From Octopus vulgaris (taxonomy: Eukaryota), in the NCBI GenBank assembly GCA_951406725.2, contig OX597818.1:80972001-81036000 (forward strand): DNA of 64,000 nt, written 5' to 3'. The position numbers and the translations under genes are program-made. This document shows positions 40,341-52,680 of the stretch, in pieces. Numbering within the stretch: the first letter of the stretch is position 1; every line of letters starts with the position of its first letter. The notes beneath the pieces were generated by a model. The model worked only from the letters and a program-made list of their open reading frames with translations. It ran no database searches and was not told where the DNA came from.

Positions 40341-40900
40341 ATTGTCAAGGAGAGCTGATGTAGACTGTAATAAAATTTATATATTATTGTAGTTTCTTTG
40401 TAGAGTTAAATGTTGTTGATATGCCTGCTTTGCAGTAAATTCATGCTTTATTTTGCTTTCAGTACAACCTTTTATGTACATTGTGAATGGTATAGAGGCA
40501 CCACTACTCTCTTTTATATCTTATACTTGTTTCAATCATTTGACTGTGGCCATGCTGGAGCACTGCCTTTAGTTGAAGAAATCGACCCCCAAGACTTATT
40601 CTTTCTAAGCCTAGTACTTATTCTATTGGTTTCTTTTGCCAAACCACTAAGTTACGGGGACATAAACACCCCAGCATCAGTTGTCAAGATATGTTGGGGG
40701 ACAAACGCAGACACACAAACATACACACATACACATATATATATATATATATATACATATATATGACAGGCTTCTTTCAGTTTCCTTCTACCAAATCCAC
40801 TCACAAGGCTTTGGTTGGCCTGAGGCTGTAGTATAAGACACTTGCCCAAGGTGCCATGCAGTGGGACTGAACGCAGAACCATGTGGTTGGTAAGCAAGGT

Positions 40901-41078
40901 ACTTAGCACACAGCCACTCCTGCGTCACTTACCACACAGCCACTCCTGCGTCACTTACCACACAGGCACTCCTGCGCCACTTACCACACAGGCACTCCTG
41001 TGCCACTTATCACACAGCCACTCCTGCGCCACTTACCACACAGCCACTCCTGTGCAACTTACCACACAGCCACTCCTG
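40901..41078 (-). repeat. Seven tandem 26-bp copies of the SINE family C 5' end
   Basis: Units acttaccacacagccactcctgcgyc start at 40901, 40927, 40953, 40979, 41005, 41031 and 41057. Confidence 0.9.
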
Positions 41079-42510
41079 ATAAGTACCACAGCCTGGTACT
41101 TTTTTTTTTAAACTCATACTTATTCTATTGATCTCTTTTACTGAACAGCTAATGTTACAGAGTTATTAAAAATAAACCCAACAACTCTTGTCAAACAGTG
41201 AGGGCAGGAGAACATGAATATGCACATATGCACATACACACATACACACACACACAGAAGCACACACACGTAAATTCACACATGGCTGTTGGAGCAGGTG
41301 TGACCAAGTACAGTTGTGACCGAATGCAGATATGGGTGTGAGAAAAAAAGTTTGCTTCCATAAACCACAGGGCTCTGGGCTCAGTCCCATTGTGTGGGTG
41401 GAATCTTGTCTTCCACTACAGCCCTGGGCTGAGCAAAGCCTACTGAGTGGATTTGGTCGATGGAAACTGAAAGAAGCCTATCCAGTCATATGTATGTGTG
41501 TGTGTGAGCGAGGCCTTGCCTTGACATTACATGATCACTGTAAATGAGTGTCAGTCATATAATATTCTGTGAAAACATGTCTAGCCACAAAGATATATTT
41601 ATTACCTTGCTTGTAAACAAGTGAAACTTGACAACAGGAGAGGAAATCAGGTGTAGAAAATCTACCCACACAAATTTCACTCAACCCATACAACCATAAA
41701 AAAAAAGCATTAAAATGATGATTACAATGCCAATGACATTACTGATATTTATAATTTTGACCGTAAAAATCACATCTGGGTAACCATGTCCCAAATGAAT
41801 AAACCAAACACATTAACGCAATGAAATACTGCATAAGAACTTGGTTGTTGTTCTGGTTATTCACAGCCATGACAGCTGCATATTCCCAACCTCCCTTTGT
41901 TTTTACTTCCCTTTATTTCCATGTCCCCTTTACAACTCTAACTCTAGGCTCAGGACCCCATATCTGATAGGGAAATAGCTTTGTTTATTGTCATACTTTG
42001 TTATTTACACAAACTAACCTGATCAATCATTTTCTATAAGAATACTCTGACCTACATTCTCATACAACAGATGGAATTTTTATTGAGTTTTCTATTATGT
42101 ATTATTATTTTTAATTGTATCAAATGAAAAAAAGTCTCTAGACTGAGACAGACAGAAACAAGGTATATGCTCCTTGTATTTGAATACTATTCAAATGTCC
42201 TTTCAAAATACTTTTCATTCAATTTTTCCAAAATTTAATTGTTTTCCATACTTACTGTTGAAAAAGTCTCAATGACCGAAACCAGTACTGAAATGTTTTT
42301 TGTAAAATTATTTTAGCATTTCCTACTTTGACTTTTTCTCCATATACACACGCACACACACAGACACACACACATGTACACACACATATATGTACATTAT
42401 TATGTGCTTATATATTCATATATATATTCAATATATGACTGCTGTGTATCGATGGCGATTTTTTTTTTTCCCCTCCATCTTCCTTTCCTTGGATCTTTCC
42501 TTTTTCTATG

Positions 42511-42543
42511 TTTCTGATGAAGAGCTCCGCTTGAAACGTTAAA
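42511..42543 (+). ncRNA. Minimal type I hammerhead motif (PLE/Neptune style, CUGAUGA-A)
   Basis: ttt-CTGATGA-A-GAGC-tcc-GCTT-GAAA-CG-TT-aaa within a pyrimidine-rich PLE-like 3' end (about 42430-42640). Confidence 0.6.
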
Positions 42544-42794
42544 TCCTTCTTTCTTTCCTTTCCTGAGCATCCAATAACACTATACTTGTTCCATGTCCTT
42601 GTGTTGTTGTGTTTTCTCTTTCTGTTGTCATATTTGGATTAACTTCAAAACGGAGTGGTTGGCGTTAGGAAGGGCATCCAGCTGTAGAAACATTGCCAGA
42701 TAAGACTGGAGCCTGGTGCAGCCTTCTGGCTTCCCAGATCCCCGGTCGAACCGTCCAACCCATGCTAGCATGGAGAACGGACGTTAAACGATGA

Positions 42795-42832
<38 letters not shown>

Positions 42833-43573
42833 TTATCATCATCTTTTAACGTCTGTTTTCCATGCTGGCATGGGTTGGACGGTTTGACTGGGGACTGGCA
42901 AGATAGGAGGCCACACCCACTACTCTCTTGGAGTGGTTGGCATTAGGAAGGGCAACCAGCTGTAGAAACTCTGCCAGATCAGATTGGTGTCTGGTGCAGA
43001 CATCTGGTTCGCCAGACCTCAGTCAAATTGTCCAATCCATGTTAGCATGGAAAGCGGACGTTAAACAATGATGATGATGTATATATGTGTATATATGTAT
43101 ATGTATGTCTATATATATGTGTATATATATGTGTATATAGGTATATATATATATATATATATATGTTTATATATATGTGCGTATTTATTTATATGCGTAT
43201 ATATATATTCTTTTATTCTTTTACTTGTTTCAATCATTTGATTTGGCCATGCTGGAGCACCGTCTTTGGCTGAGCAAATCTCTGTAAGCTTAATACCTAT
43301 CCAGTTGGTCACTTTTGCCAAACCGCTAAGTTCCGGGCACGTAGACACACCAGCATCAGTTGTTATGTGATACTGGGGGGCAAACACAGATACACATACA
43401 TATATATGTATGACAGGCTTCTTTGAGTTTCCGTTTACCAAATCCACTCACAAGGCTTTGGTCATCCCGAGGTTATAGTGGAAGACACTTGTCCAAGGTG
43501 CCATGCAGCGAGACTGAACCCAGAACCATGTGGTTGATAAGCAAGCTACTTACCATACAGCTGCTCCTGTGCC

Positions 43574-43616
<43 letters not shown>

Positions 43617-43679
43617 ATATGTATATATATGTGCATATATGTATATATAAAGTGCACACACACTGGATACATATATAAA

Positions 43680-43684
<5 letters not shown>

Positions 43685-43742
<58 letters not shown>
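43685..43742. repeat. (GA)n microsatellite
   Basis: Directly visible. Confidence 0.95.
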
Positions 43743-43747
<5 letters not shown>

Positions 43748-44740
43748 AAGAGAAAGAGAAGGAGAAAGGAAGAAAAGAAGGAAATAAAGAAGAAAAGATT
43801 ATTGATTTATGTCATTGACACAAATGATCATATGACTTGCTGTGTGAGCAGTATGTTGTTTTCACAAAAGAAAAAGGTTGAAGGCACCAAATGGTGGCAC
43901 AACTGTTTTGAAATATCTATTGAATGTCCAGCCAGTCACAAAACTTAATGTCTGAAATAAGGAAAGGCCACATTGTATAAGCCCTGTGGTGTAGTGGTTA
44001 GTGTGTTGCTCTCATGAGAGTAACATCTTGGTTTTGATTCCCAGTCTAGACAGTACATTGTGTTCTTGAACTAAACGCTTAATTTCACGTCGATTTGCTC
44101 GACTAAAGGCGGTGCCCCAGCATGGCCGCAGTCAAATGACTGAAACAAATAAAAGAATAAAAGAATAGATATTCTATAGAACTTATAACCAGAACCAATT
44201 TTTGTTAAACTGTTTCATATCGAGACATCAGATGTAAACAAACAATGATATTGAAGACAAAAATTGGTATGCCCCTTCATCAAAACCCCTGAAATGCGGC
44301 ATGTACACTCATTACCCATTTTTGGGTAATTTCTATAGAATATCTGTAGAAATGACTTTAACAAAATAATTGGTAGAATAAGCACCAGGCTTTAAAAAAT
44401 GGAAAAAGTACTGGGGTTCGTTTGACTAAGAATTCGTGAAGGCGGTGTCCCTGCATGGCTGCTGTCTCATGACTGAAACAAGGAAAAGATAAAAGGTATA
44501 TATTTCCCACCCGGATGGGATGCTAGTCCATTGCAGGATTACTCATTTTTGTCAGCTGAGTGAAATGGAACATCGGGTTTTGTTGAAGAGCACAGTGTGT
44601 CACCCAGTGCACCTGGGAAACTGGCCCCTGTGAGTCTTGAGTCAGGAAGGATCTTTATCCTCTTTATCCTATATATTTATTACAAGGCCATCAAAGCCTC
44701 ATGTGAGTGGATTTAGTAAAAGGAAACTGAAAGAAGCCTG

Positions 44741-44787
<47 letters not shown>

Positions 44788-45103
44788 TGTATGTTTGTGA
44801 GTTGTTGTTTTCTTGTCTTGACAGCGTATGATTGGTGTAAAGAAGTGTCACTATCATACAAGATATGTAAAGTCAGTTACAGTATTCTGTGGAAACAGAT
44901 TTGGCCATGGGCGAAATATTGCCCTGCTTGGAAATAAGGTGAGGGTTGGTGACAGGAAGGGTGTCTGGATGTAGTGTAGACAATCTGTCTCAACAAATTC
45001 CATCTGACCCATGCAAGTGAATGTTAAAACAGTGATGATGATGATGATGATAATTTATAATTGATTTATATTATATATATATGTATGTTTCTCTCTCTTC
45101 CAG

Positions 45104-45179
45104 AACCTAAATGACAATTTTATACCAAACATGAAACAACTCAGTTTGTCTGCTCGAAACTACTATAAAGCCTTAACAA
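45104..45179 (+). CDS. BAIAP2: Internal coding exon (76 nt, phase 0 to 1) of an IRSp53/BAIAP2-like IMD (I-BAR) domain protein: NLNDNFIPNMKQLSLSARNYYKALT
   Basis: Polypyrimidine acceptor (ttctctctcttccag) and GTAAGT donor. The peptide aligns by eye to IRSp53 TIMEQFNPSLRNFIAMGKNYEKALA and splices in frame to the exon at 58753. The symbol denotes the family; orthology is untested. Confidence 0.85.
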
Positions 45180-46044
45180 GTAAGTAACCATTTTTTTTTA
45201 CTCTTCCTACACTTTCTCTTATCTCTTATTTCCCTTGATCTCATCATTTAACTCACAGCAAAACACAACTGGGTTATAAATGAAATAACATGGAGGACAG
45301 ACTAAGACATGTACAAAAGATGTAAAAAAAGATGTCAGGGTCTCTGGACTGAATGATAAAAATGGATGAGTCATGAGGAGAATGGGAAAAATATATGAAA
45401 TGAAAAAGGAAGGATAGTAACAAAAACATTTAGTAAGCGACAGAGATATTTGTAAGCTAAATAAGCAAACAAAAGGTAGAAAGGTAGACAGAAATGTAGA
45501 AAAAGAATGATAGAGGGAGAGAAAGATTGGAAATACAGAAGGAAGAGTGCACAATCAAGGAAAAGGAGAATAGAGAGATTGTCAAGTGAGAGGGGGTAGA
45601 TAGAAAGAATAACATAATAGTGATGAAAGGTAATGAAGGAAAAAGGACAGATAGATACTTAGAGAGAAGTTGTCTCAAGAAATGGGAACCACAAGCAGTG
45701 GGGTCAGAAAAAAGTGCATAACATTACAATGATTGGTAATAGTAAAATCTGGCACAAGAGGACTACAGGAGTTATACGTGAGATATTTCAAGTTTCGTGT
45801 TTGGTTAGTGCAATAAGCATATAGAGTTGTATAGCATATCATGCCTGAATGATTGCTTGATTGCTCATGATCTGCTATGCAAGCACATCTGATCACTGCA
45901 TTATCTAAGCATGAAACTTGAGGTAGCTCAGGTATAACTCCAGTATTCATTCAGTCATATTTATTTCTCACAGGATTTAGTACTTTTTTCCACTGATCCT
46001 AACAAGCAAACATCATACTGTGAACCTGTCTGTCTGTGTGTGTG

Positions 46045-46090
<46 letters not shown>

Positions 46091-46733
46091 CACACACACA
46101 TATATATACACACATATATATGTGTGTTTCTCCCCTCCCTTAGTACTCCCTTCTCTCTCTCTCTCCCCCTATTGCCTTCGTCCCTTTCTTCCCCTCTCTC
46201 TTTGATTCCTTGCTCCCTGCCTTCCTTTTTCTTTCTCTTTCTTCCGTCCTCTCACGTGACTGCGTTCAAACCGCCACTTCGGCCTGACCGCAGCCATGTT
46301 GTCTTCGTTTGAGCCATTGAAGGCCTTTTTCATTTACGCCGCCAGATAAGTTAATAATTGTCTAAAGTCGTATGACGCTTCTGTCCTTTGTACTGTCCAC
46401 CTTCGTATTTTTTATTTCTGTTTTATATATATTTTTGTTTCTTGTTTTTACATTCGTGTGGCATCCTGTCCTTGTTCTGTGTACATTCGGCCCTCTGGCC
46501 AGGGAGTCCAATGCCTGTGGCTTGGAGTGTCCTTGGGGCTGGCCGTTTCGGAGTGATATCGAGATTAAACAGCCGAAATCACTAAGATGATCCGGTTCCC
46601 GACTGAGGATCAGAGGCTTCGAGTGACCTGTCGTTTTTTTGTGTCGTCTCCTTGTGTTCTTGTCTACTTAGTAATTTATATTTTATGTTAAATTGCATAT
46701 ATATATCTATACACATCTACAAAGACATATATG

Positions 46734-47017
46734 CAGGGTGTGGTGAATAAATTGTTGTCTAAATTAGGCAGAAATGAAAATAACACTGACATTTCATTTT
46801 AACAAATATTTACCAAAATTACATAAAAGTATCTTGAAATATATCCAATAAAATTGCCTTTGGCTTCAGCTACAGCCTCTAAGCAACTTCGGAATCTCCT
46901 TCAACTCTTCTGACAGTCTCCTTGTTTAAGTTGGTGAATACTGCCATAATCCTTGCCTTCGTTTCATCTTTGGTGTTACAAGGAGTTTTGTTGCTCTCTT
47001 GCTCAACTGTACCCCAC
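46734..47017 (-). mobile_element. Right end of the maT/mariner-like element (terminal inverted repeat starting CAGGGTG) plus transposase C-terminus
   Basis: Homologous to 1150-1430; starts cagggtgtggtgaataaa; minus strand reads WGTVEQESNKTPCNTKDETKARIMAVFTNLNKE. Confidence 0.7.
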
Positions 47018-49576
47018 ATAAGTGTTGGTGGCATGAAAAGAGCTCTTTGGACATACTGTAAAGTGGTTGGCATTAGAAAAAGTATCCAGCCACAGAAACC
47101 ATGCCAGAGAAGACATTGGCAAACCATGGTTAGATGATGCTGATGATAATGAATGCCTTGGATTTATAGCAGAGTATGATGCATCGAAAATGTCCCAATT
47201 GTTGAATTGAGGGTGTACTAGATAAGCAGCTGGAAGTGTGTCTGTGTGAAGGTTAGGGCTTAAATTATGAAGGATGCAAAGAATTTAGAGAATCCCAAGG
47301 ATGGTATTTCCTATTTCTTTACTACCCACAAGGGGCTAAACGCAGAGGGGACAAACAAGGACAGACAAACGGATTAAGTCGATTACATTGACCCCAGTGT
47401 GTAACTGGTACTTATTTAATCGACCCCGAAAGGATGAAAGGCAAAGTCGACCTCAGCGGAATTTGAACTCAGAACATAGCAGCAGACAAAATACCACTAA
47501 GCATTTCACCTAGCGTGCTAACCATTTCTGCCAGAGATGTGAGAGGTCTTGGGTTTGCAACCAGATCCACTATGGCCTCACCTGGCTGGCACTGGACTTA
47601 AGAAAATTAGTGGCTCTTGAATTATACAGGTAAATAGAATATACATCATTATGGATATAACAGGCAGGTGCAAAAAAAAAAAAGCAAAAAAGATGAGAGA
47701 AAACAACAGATACATGCTGCATGGTTGGAGTTGTTACAGCTGTCCCTTGATTTGGGTGTGGCAGTTGCATGGATGATGGAGGGGGAAATGTGTTGCAGTA
47801 TGGTCCAAAAATGTTAGCATGCCAGGTGAAATGCTTAGTAGTATTTTGTGTGTCTTTATATTCCGAGCTCAAATTCCACCAAGGTCAACTTTGCCTTTCA
47901 TCCGTTCAGGGTTGATAAATTAAGTACCAGTTGCATACTGGGGTCGATCTAATTGACTTGCCCCCTCCCCCAAAATTTTGGGCCTTGTGCCCAGAGTAGA
48001 AAAAATATTGTAGTTATGTATCAAAGCACAGGTTCTGATAGCTTCATGTGTGTTGGAGCATTCTCTTCTGAAGATGAAGGCAAATGTTTGATAGATGGAT
48101 AGGGTTAATGAATATGTATTGGATTCAAAATTAGATAGAGACACAAAGTAGGGAGGTTGTAGTGAGTGGTATAAATATAGGTTGGTGGGGAGTACTCAGA
48201 AGAGAAAGGAGAAGTTGGTGTGTTAGTGAGGCAAGGTCAGGTATAGCTAGAGGGGTGGTAGAGATATTGGAGAAGGACTGAGCAATCTAAGGAATGGTAA
48301 AGAGAGAGAGAGAGAGGAAGGAAAAGGTAGGTTTGCTAAGAGTGAGTCATTCAGTACAAAGTTATAAACAATAGTTATAAGTTTAATTAATGAGAAATAT
48401 GGTGAGGTGGACCTGTTCAAAGGAACCACATTAATTATATTGGATGGCGGGTGGGGGAGTAACAAAATATAAACTAGCCCTATCAAAGTAGAGTGACAAG
48501 CATTTTATTTGCATGCGTGTGTGTGTGTGTGTGTGCATGTGTGCATGCGTGTGTGTGTGTGTGTGTGTGCATGTGTGCATGCGTGCGTGTGCGTGTGTGT
48601 GTGTAATGCAGTGTTGGTTGTGTCAAGTATAAGTATCATATATAAGGAAGTGGGGAAGGTAGGTAGAAGATATGACCGTGAACTCCTAACTAGAGGGAAG
48701 AGAAGGGGAAATAAGTGAGAATGTGTAATAGCCATGATTTCCCTCAAGTCAGAGAACAGACCTGAGTGCATCATAAAAAGAATGTAGAGTTCAAGAAAGA
48801 GAAAGGAGTGATGTAACCATGGATAGGAGACAAAAGAAAAACAAAGTAGGAAACAAATGTTTTGGGGAAAGTAGAAAGGTGCCTGAAAGACAGAACACGA
48901 TGAATTATCTAATTTGGTTGGAGAATAATGATTTATGCTAATATGAAAACGTTTTGTAATATCAGTGATTACAGAATGTAATTATGTCAGAGAACCAATT
49001 ATTTGTTCTCATGTAATATTTCTAGGAATTCTCAGTAGCATAGATTATATGCTAGTCAGTTTCCTAAATATGGTATTACAGTATTGATAGACTGGGAGGT
49101 TATAAGGTATACCTTCAGCTCTCGGGTGGTGGACATAGGTTACCAAGGAGGTCAAGAATTTTTCATTTAGTGCTTGAGAATGAGCTAATGTGTGCAAAGT
49201 ATCAGCACTTAAAGTTGATTGTTGTTCCAGTGTAAACTCTGATGGGCTTGGAGTGTATTCTGATAACTCTATATTTATACCCAACATTATAGTGCAATAA
49301 TGAAACAGTAGGCCTCTCAAAAGACAATTAGTTTGTATTTTGGAGTTGCATGTCCTCCTATCTTGAGTTACATCGGGTGCTCTATTTGTCTTATCAGGAT
49401 TATTGGATGGCTTATTGTCAGTCTTATTATAAATATCACTAAAGTGGTGAGCTAGCAGAATTGTTAGCTTATTAGGCAAAATGCTTAGTGGTACTTGGTC
49501 CATCTTTAAATAAGCATGGAAAAATAAGCATTAATACGATGATGATGATAGTTTTGCTACCATTAACCTTAACTGT

Positions 49577-49611
<35 letters not shown>

Positions 49612-49753
49612 TATTATATATATATAAAAGCAGCAAATTGGCAGAATTGTTAGTGCACTGGATGAAATGCCTAGCGGTATTTTGCTTGTTCCTATGGTCT
49701 AAGTTCAAATTCTACTAAGGTCAACTTTGCCTTTCATCCTTTCAAGTTAAGTA

Positions 49754-50535
49754 TTCATGTTAACTGGAATGGCTCATGTACTGAGAAGAGCATTATCGCT
49801 GTGAAAACAACATCCATTCATGAATTTATTTATTCATTAATTTTTTAAATACATATTTTACCTGTGAATTTGTGTGTGTAATCTGGGAATGCATACAATG
49901 AGCTTCTCTGCCCTAGGTGTACGGAAAACACTCAGCGAGAAACGGAAGAAAATTTGAAGAAAGAAGGAAAAATAATAATAATAATAATAATCCTTTCTAC
50001 TATAGGCACAAAGCCTGAAATTTAGAGGAGGGAGCTAGTCAATTTCATCAACCCAAGTGTGTAACTGGTACTTATTTAATCGACCCCAAAAGGAAAAAAA
50101 AACAAAGTCGAACCCGGAGGAATTTGAACTCAGAATGTAGCGGCAGACGAAATACCACTAAGCATTTTTCTCGGTGTGCTAATGATTCTGCTAAGATCAC
50201 TGCAATAATAATAATAATAATCCTCTCTACTATAGGCACAAGGGTTGAAATTTTGGAGGAGAGGGCTAGTTGGTTACATTGATCTCAGTATTCAGTTGGT
50301 ACCTGTTTGATTGATTCGAAAAGCATGAATAACTGAGTCAACCTCAGAGAAATTTAAACTCATTGAGCCAGAAGAAATGACATTAAGCATTTTGTCTGAC
50401 ACATTAACGATTCTGTCAGCGCATTATATTACTACTAATAGTGATAATAATCGATTTTGCTATAAGCACAAAGCTTGAATCTTTGGCCAAAAAAGCAAGT
50501 AGGTTACACTGACCTCAGTACTCAGTTGGTACCTA
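49754..50535 (+). repeat. Local duplicate of about 52175-52905 plus 54493-54565, flanked by 14-bp direct repeats
   Basis: Near-identical text. tttcaagttaagta occurs at 49740-49753 and 50536-50549, and the copy interrupts a family B SINE. Confidence 0.85.
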
Positions 50536-51927
50536 TTTCAAGTTAAGTAGCAGTTACACACTGGGGTCAAATTTCAGACCTTGTGCCTATTGTAGAAAGG
50601 ATCATCATCATTATTATTATTATCATTATTATTATTTGAGTTGAAATTCTGCCAAGGTCAACTTTGCCCTTCATCCTTTTGGGGTTGATAAAAGTAAGTA
50701 CCAGTTGAACACTGGAGTTGATGTAATCTACTTAATCCCTCTCCTGAACTTACTGGCCTTGTGTCAGAATTTGAAACCAATATCAGTTTCAAATTTTGGC
50801 ACAAGGCCAGCAATTTCAGGGATGGGGTTAGTTGATTACATCAACCTCTATCCTCAACTTGTACTTGTTTTTATCAATCCCGAAAAGATGAAAGGCAAAG
50901 TCGACTTCAGTGGAATTTGAACTCAGAACATAAAAGTAGACGAAATGCCACAGCATTTTGCCTGGCATGCTATCAATTTTTCCAACTTGTTGCCTTCAGT
51001 TTTAGCAGTATTAGAATCAATATTGCTGTTATTATTAACATTATTCACGTTTCCCATTAAATTTCTGTTCATTTTTATTTATGTTTTTGACACTATTATT
51101 GTTGTTCCCATGGTTATTGTATTCCCTGTTGCTTATTATAGTTCTTATTGTTACTGGAGCTGTCATTTTTATTATAAGTGCTGATTTTTCTTAGTCATTA
51201 TTATTTTTATGGGAACATGTATGATAATTATAGCTGGAATAACTACAGTAACAATAACAATTGTATAAGCAACTTGAACAACTACAAAGAAAACCATGAA
51301 AATAATAACTATGATAGAGCTAAAAATAAAAATTACTTGACTGTTGAGTCAAGTAAAGCTTAATTTGTACCTGTGACCAGCGATTCCTGAGTGGTTCCTC
51401 TTCTGGTGACATGTAAAATGCTTCATCTGAATGTGATTGATGCCAGGCCCGCCTGACTGGCTCCTGTGCTGGTGGCACATAAAAAGCACCCACTACTCTC
51501 TCAGAGTGGTTGGTGTTAGGAAGGGCATCAAGCTGTAGAAACATTGCCAGATCAGATTGGAGTCTGGTGCAGCTGCTGGCTTCCCAGAACTCAGTCAAAC
51601 CGTCCAACCCATGCCAGCATGGAAAACGGATGTTAAACAATGATGATGATGATGTTATAAAAATAGAAACTTAAACAAAAGGGTGAATAATGCTAATAAT
51701 AATTATTATAATCTTTTCTACTATAGGCATAAGGCCTGAAATTTGTTTCACTGGTACTTAATTTATCGAACCTGAAAAGATGAAAGGCATAGTCGACCTC
51801 AGTGGAATATGAACTCAGAACGTGAAGATGGACGAAATATCGCTAAGCATATCACTCAGCATGCTAAGGATTCTGCCAGATAACTGCCTTAATAATGATG
51901 ATAATAATAATAATAATAATAATAATA

Positions 51928-52390
51928 AAGATCAGACAAAAAGGATGTGTTTATTAATTAACATGAGTATTCCTGGCGATCACAATATAGCGGCGAAAGA
52001 ATTTGACAAGATTAGTAAATATAAAGACTTGCTAATAGAAATTGAAAAAAATGTGGCATCTCAAGGCGACTACAGTACCAGTGATTGTAGGATCTCTAGG
52101 AATTATAAAAAAAGGTACTGAAACCGATTTGAAAATGATACCAGGCTTACCATCCCTACAGGAAGTGCAGAAAATCATGTTAACTGGAATGGCTCATGTA
52201 CTGAGAAGAGCATTATCACTGTGAAAACAACATCCATTCATGAATTTATTTATTCATTAATTTTTTAAATACATATTTTACCTGTGAATTTGCGTGTGTA
52301 ATCTGGGAATGCATACAATGAGCTTCTCTGCCCTATGTGTACGGAAAACACTCAGCGAGAAACGGAAGAAAATTTGAAGAAAGAAGGAAA

Positions 52391-52391
<1 letters not shown>
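51928..52391 (+). mobile_element. 5'-truncated R4/Dong-clade non-LTR retrotransposon (restriction-like endonuclease C-terminus plus 3' UTR) inserted in (TAA)n
   Basis: Reads CLLINMSIPGDHNI..KEFDKISKYKDL.IEI/KMWHL....VPVIVGSLG...L.EVQK..L (one frameshift). (AAT)n flanks both sides. Confidence 0.85.
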
Positions 52392-52423
<32 letters not shown>

Positions 52424-52680
52424 TATAATCCTTTCTACTATAGGCACAAAGCCTGAAATTTGGAGGAGGGAGCTAGTCAATTTCATCGACCCGAGTGTGT
52501 AACTGGTACTTATTTAATTGACCCCAAAAGGATGAAAGACAAAGTCGACCCCGGAGGAATTTGAACTCAGAATGTAGCGGCAGACGAAATACCACTAAGC
52601 ATTTTTCTCGGTGTGCTAATGATTCTGCTAAGATCACTGCAATAATAATAATAATAATAATCCTCTCTACTATAGGCACA

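Noticed and set aside
40901-41078. 26-bp repeats as a CRISPR array or repeat protein
   Set aside because: They are head-to-tail copies of a SINE 5' end without spacers.
45300-48900. Purine-rich stretches that may be old LINE endonuclease/RT remnants on the minus strand
   Set aside because: Too decayed to assign any motif confidently by eye.
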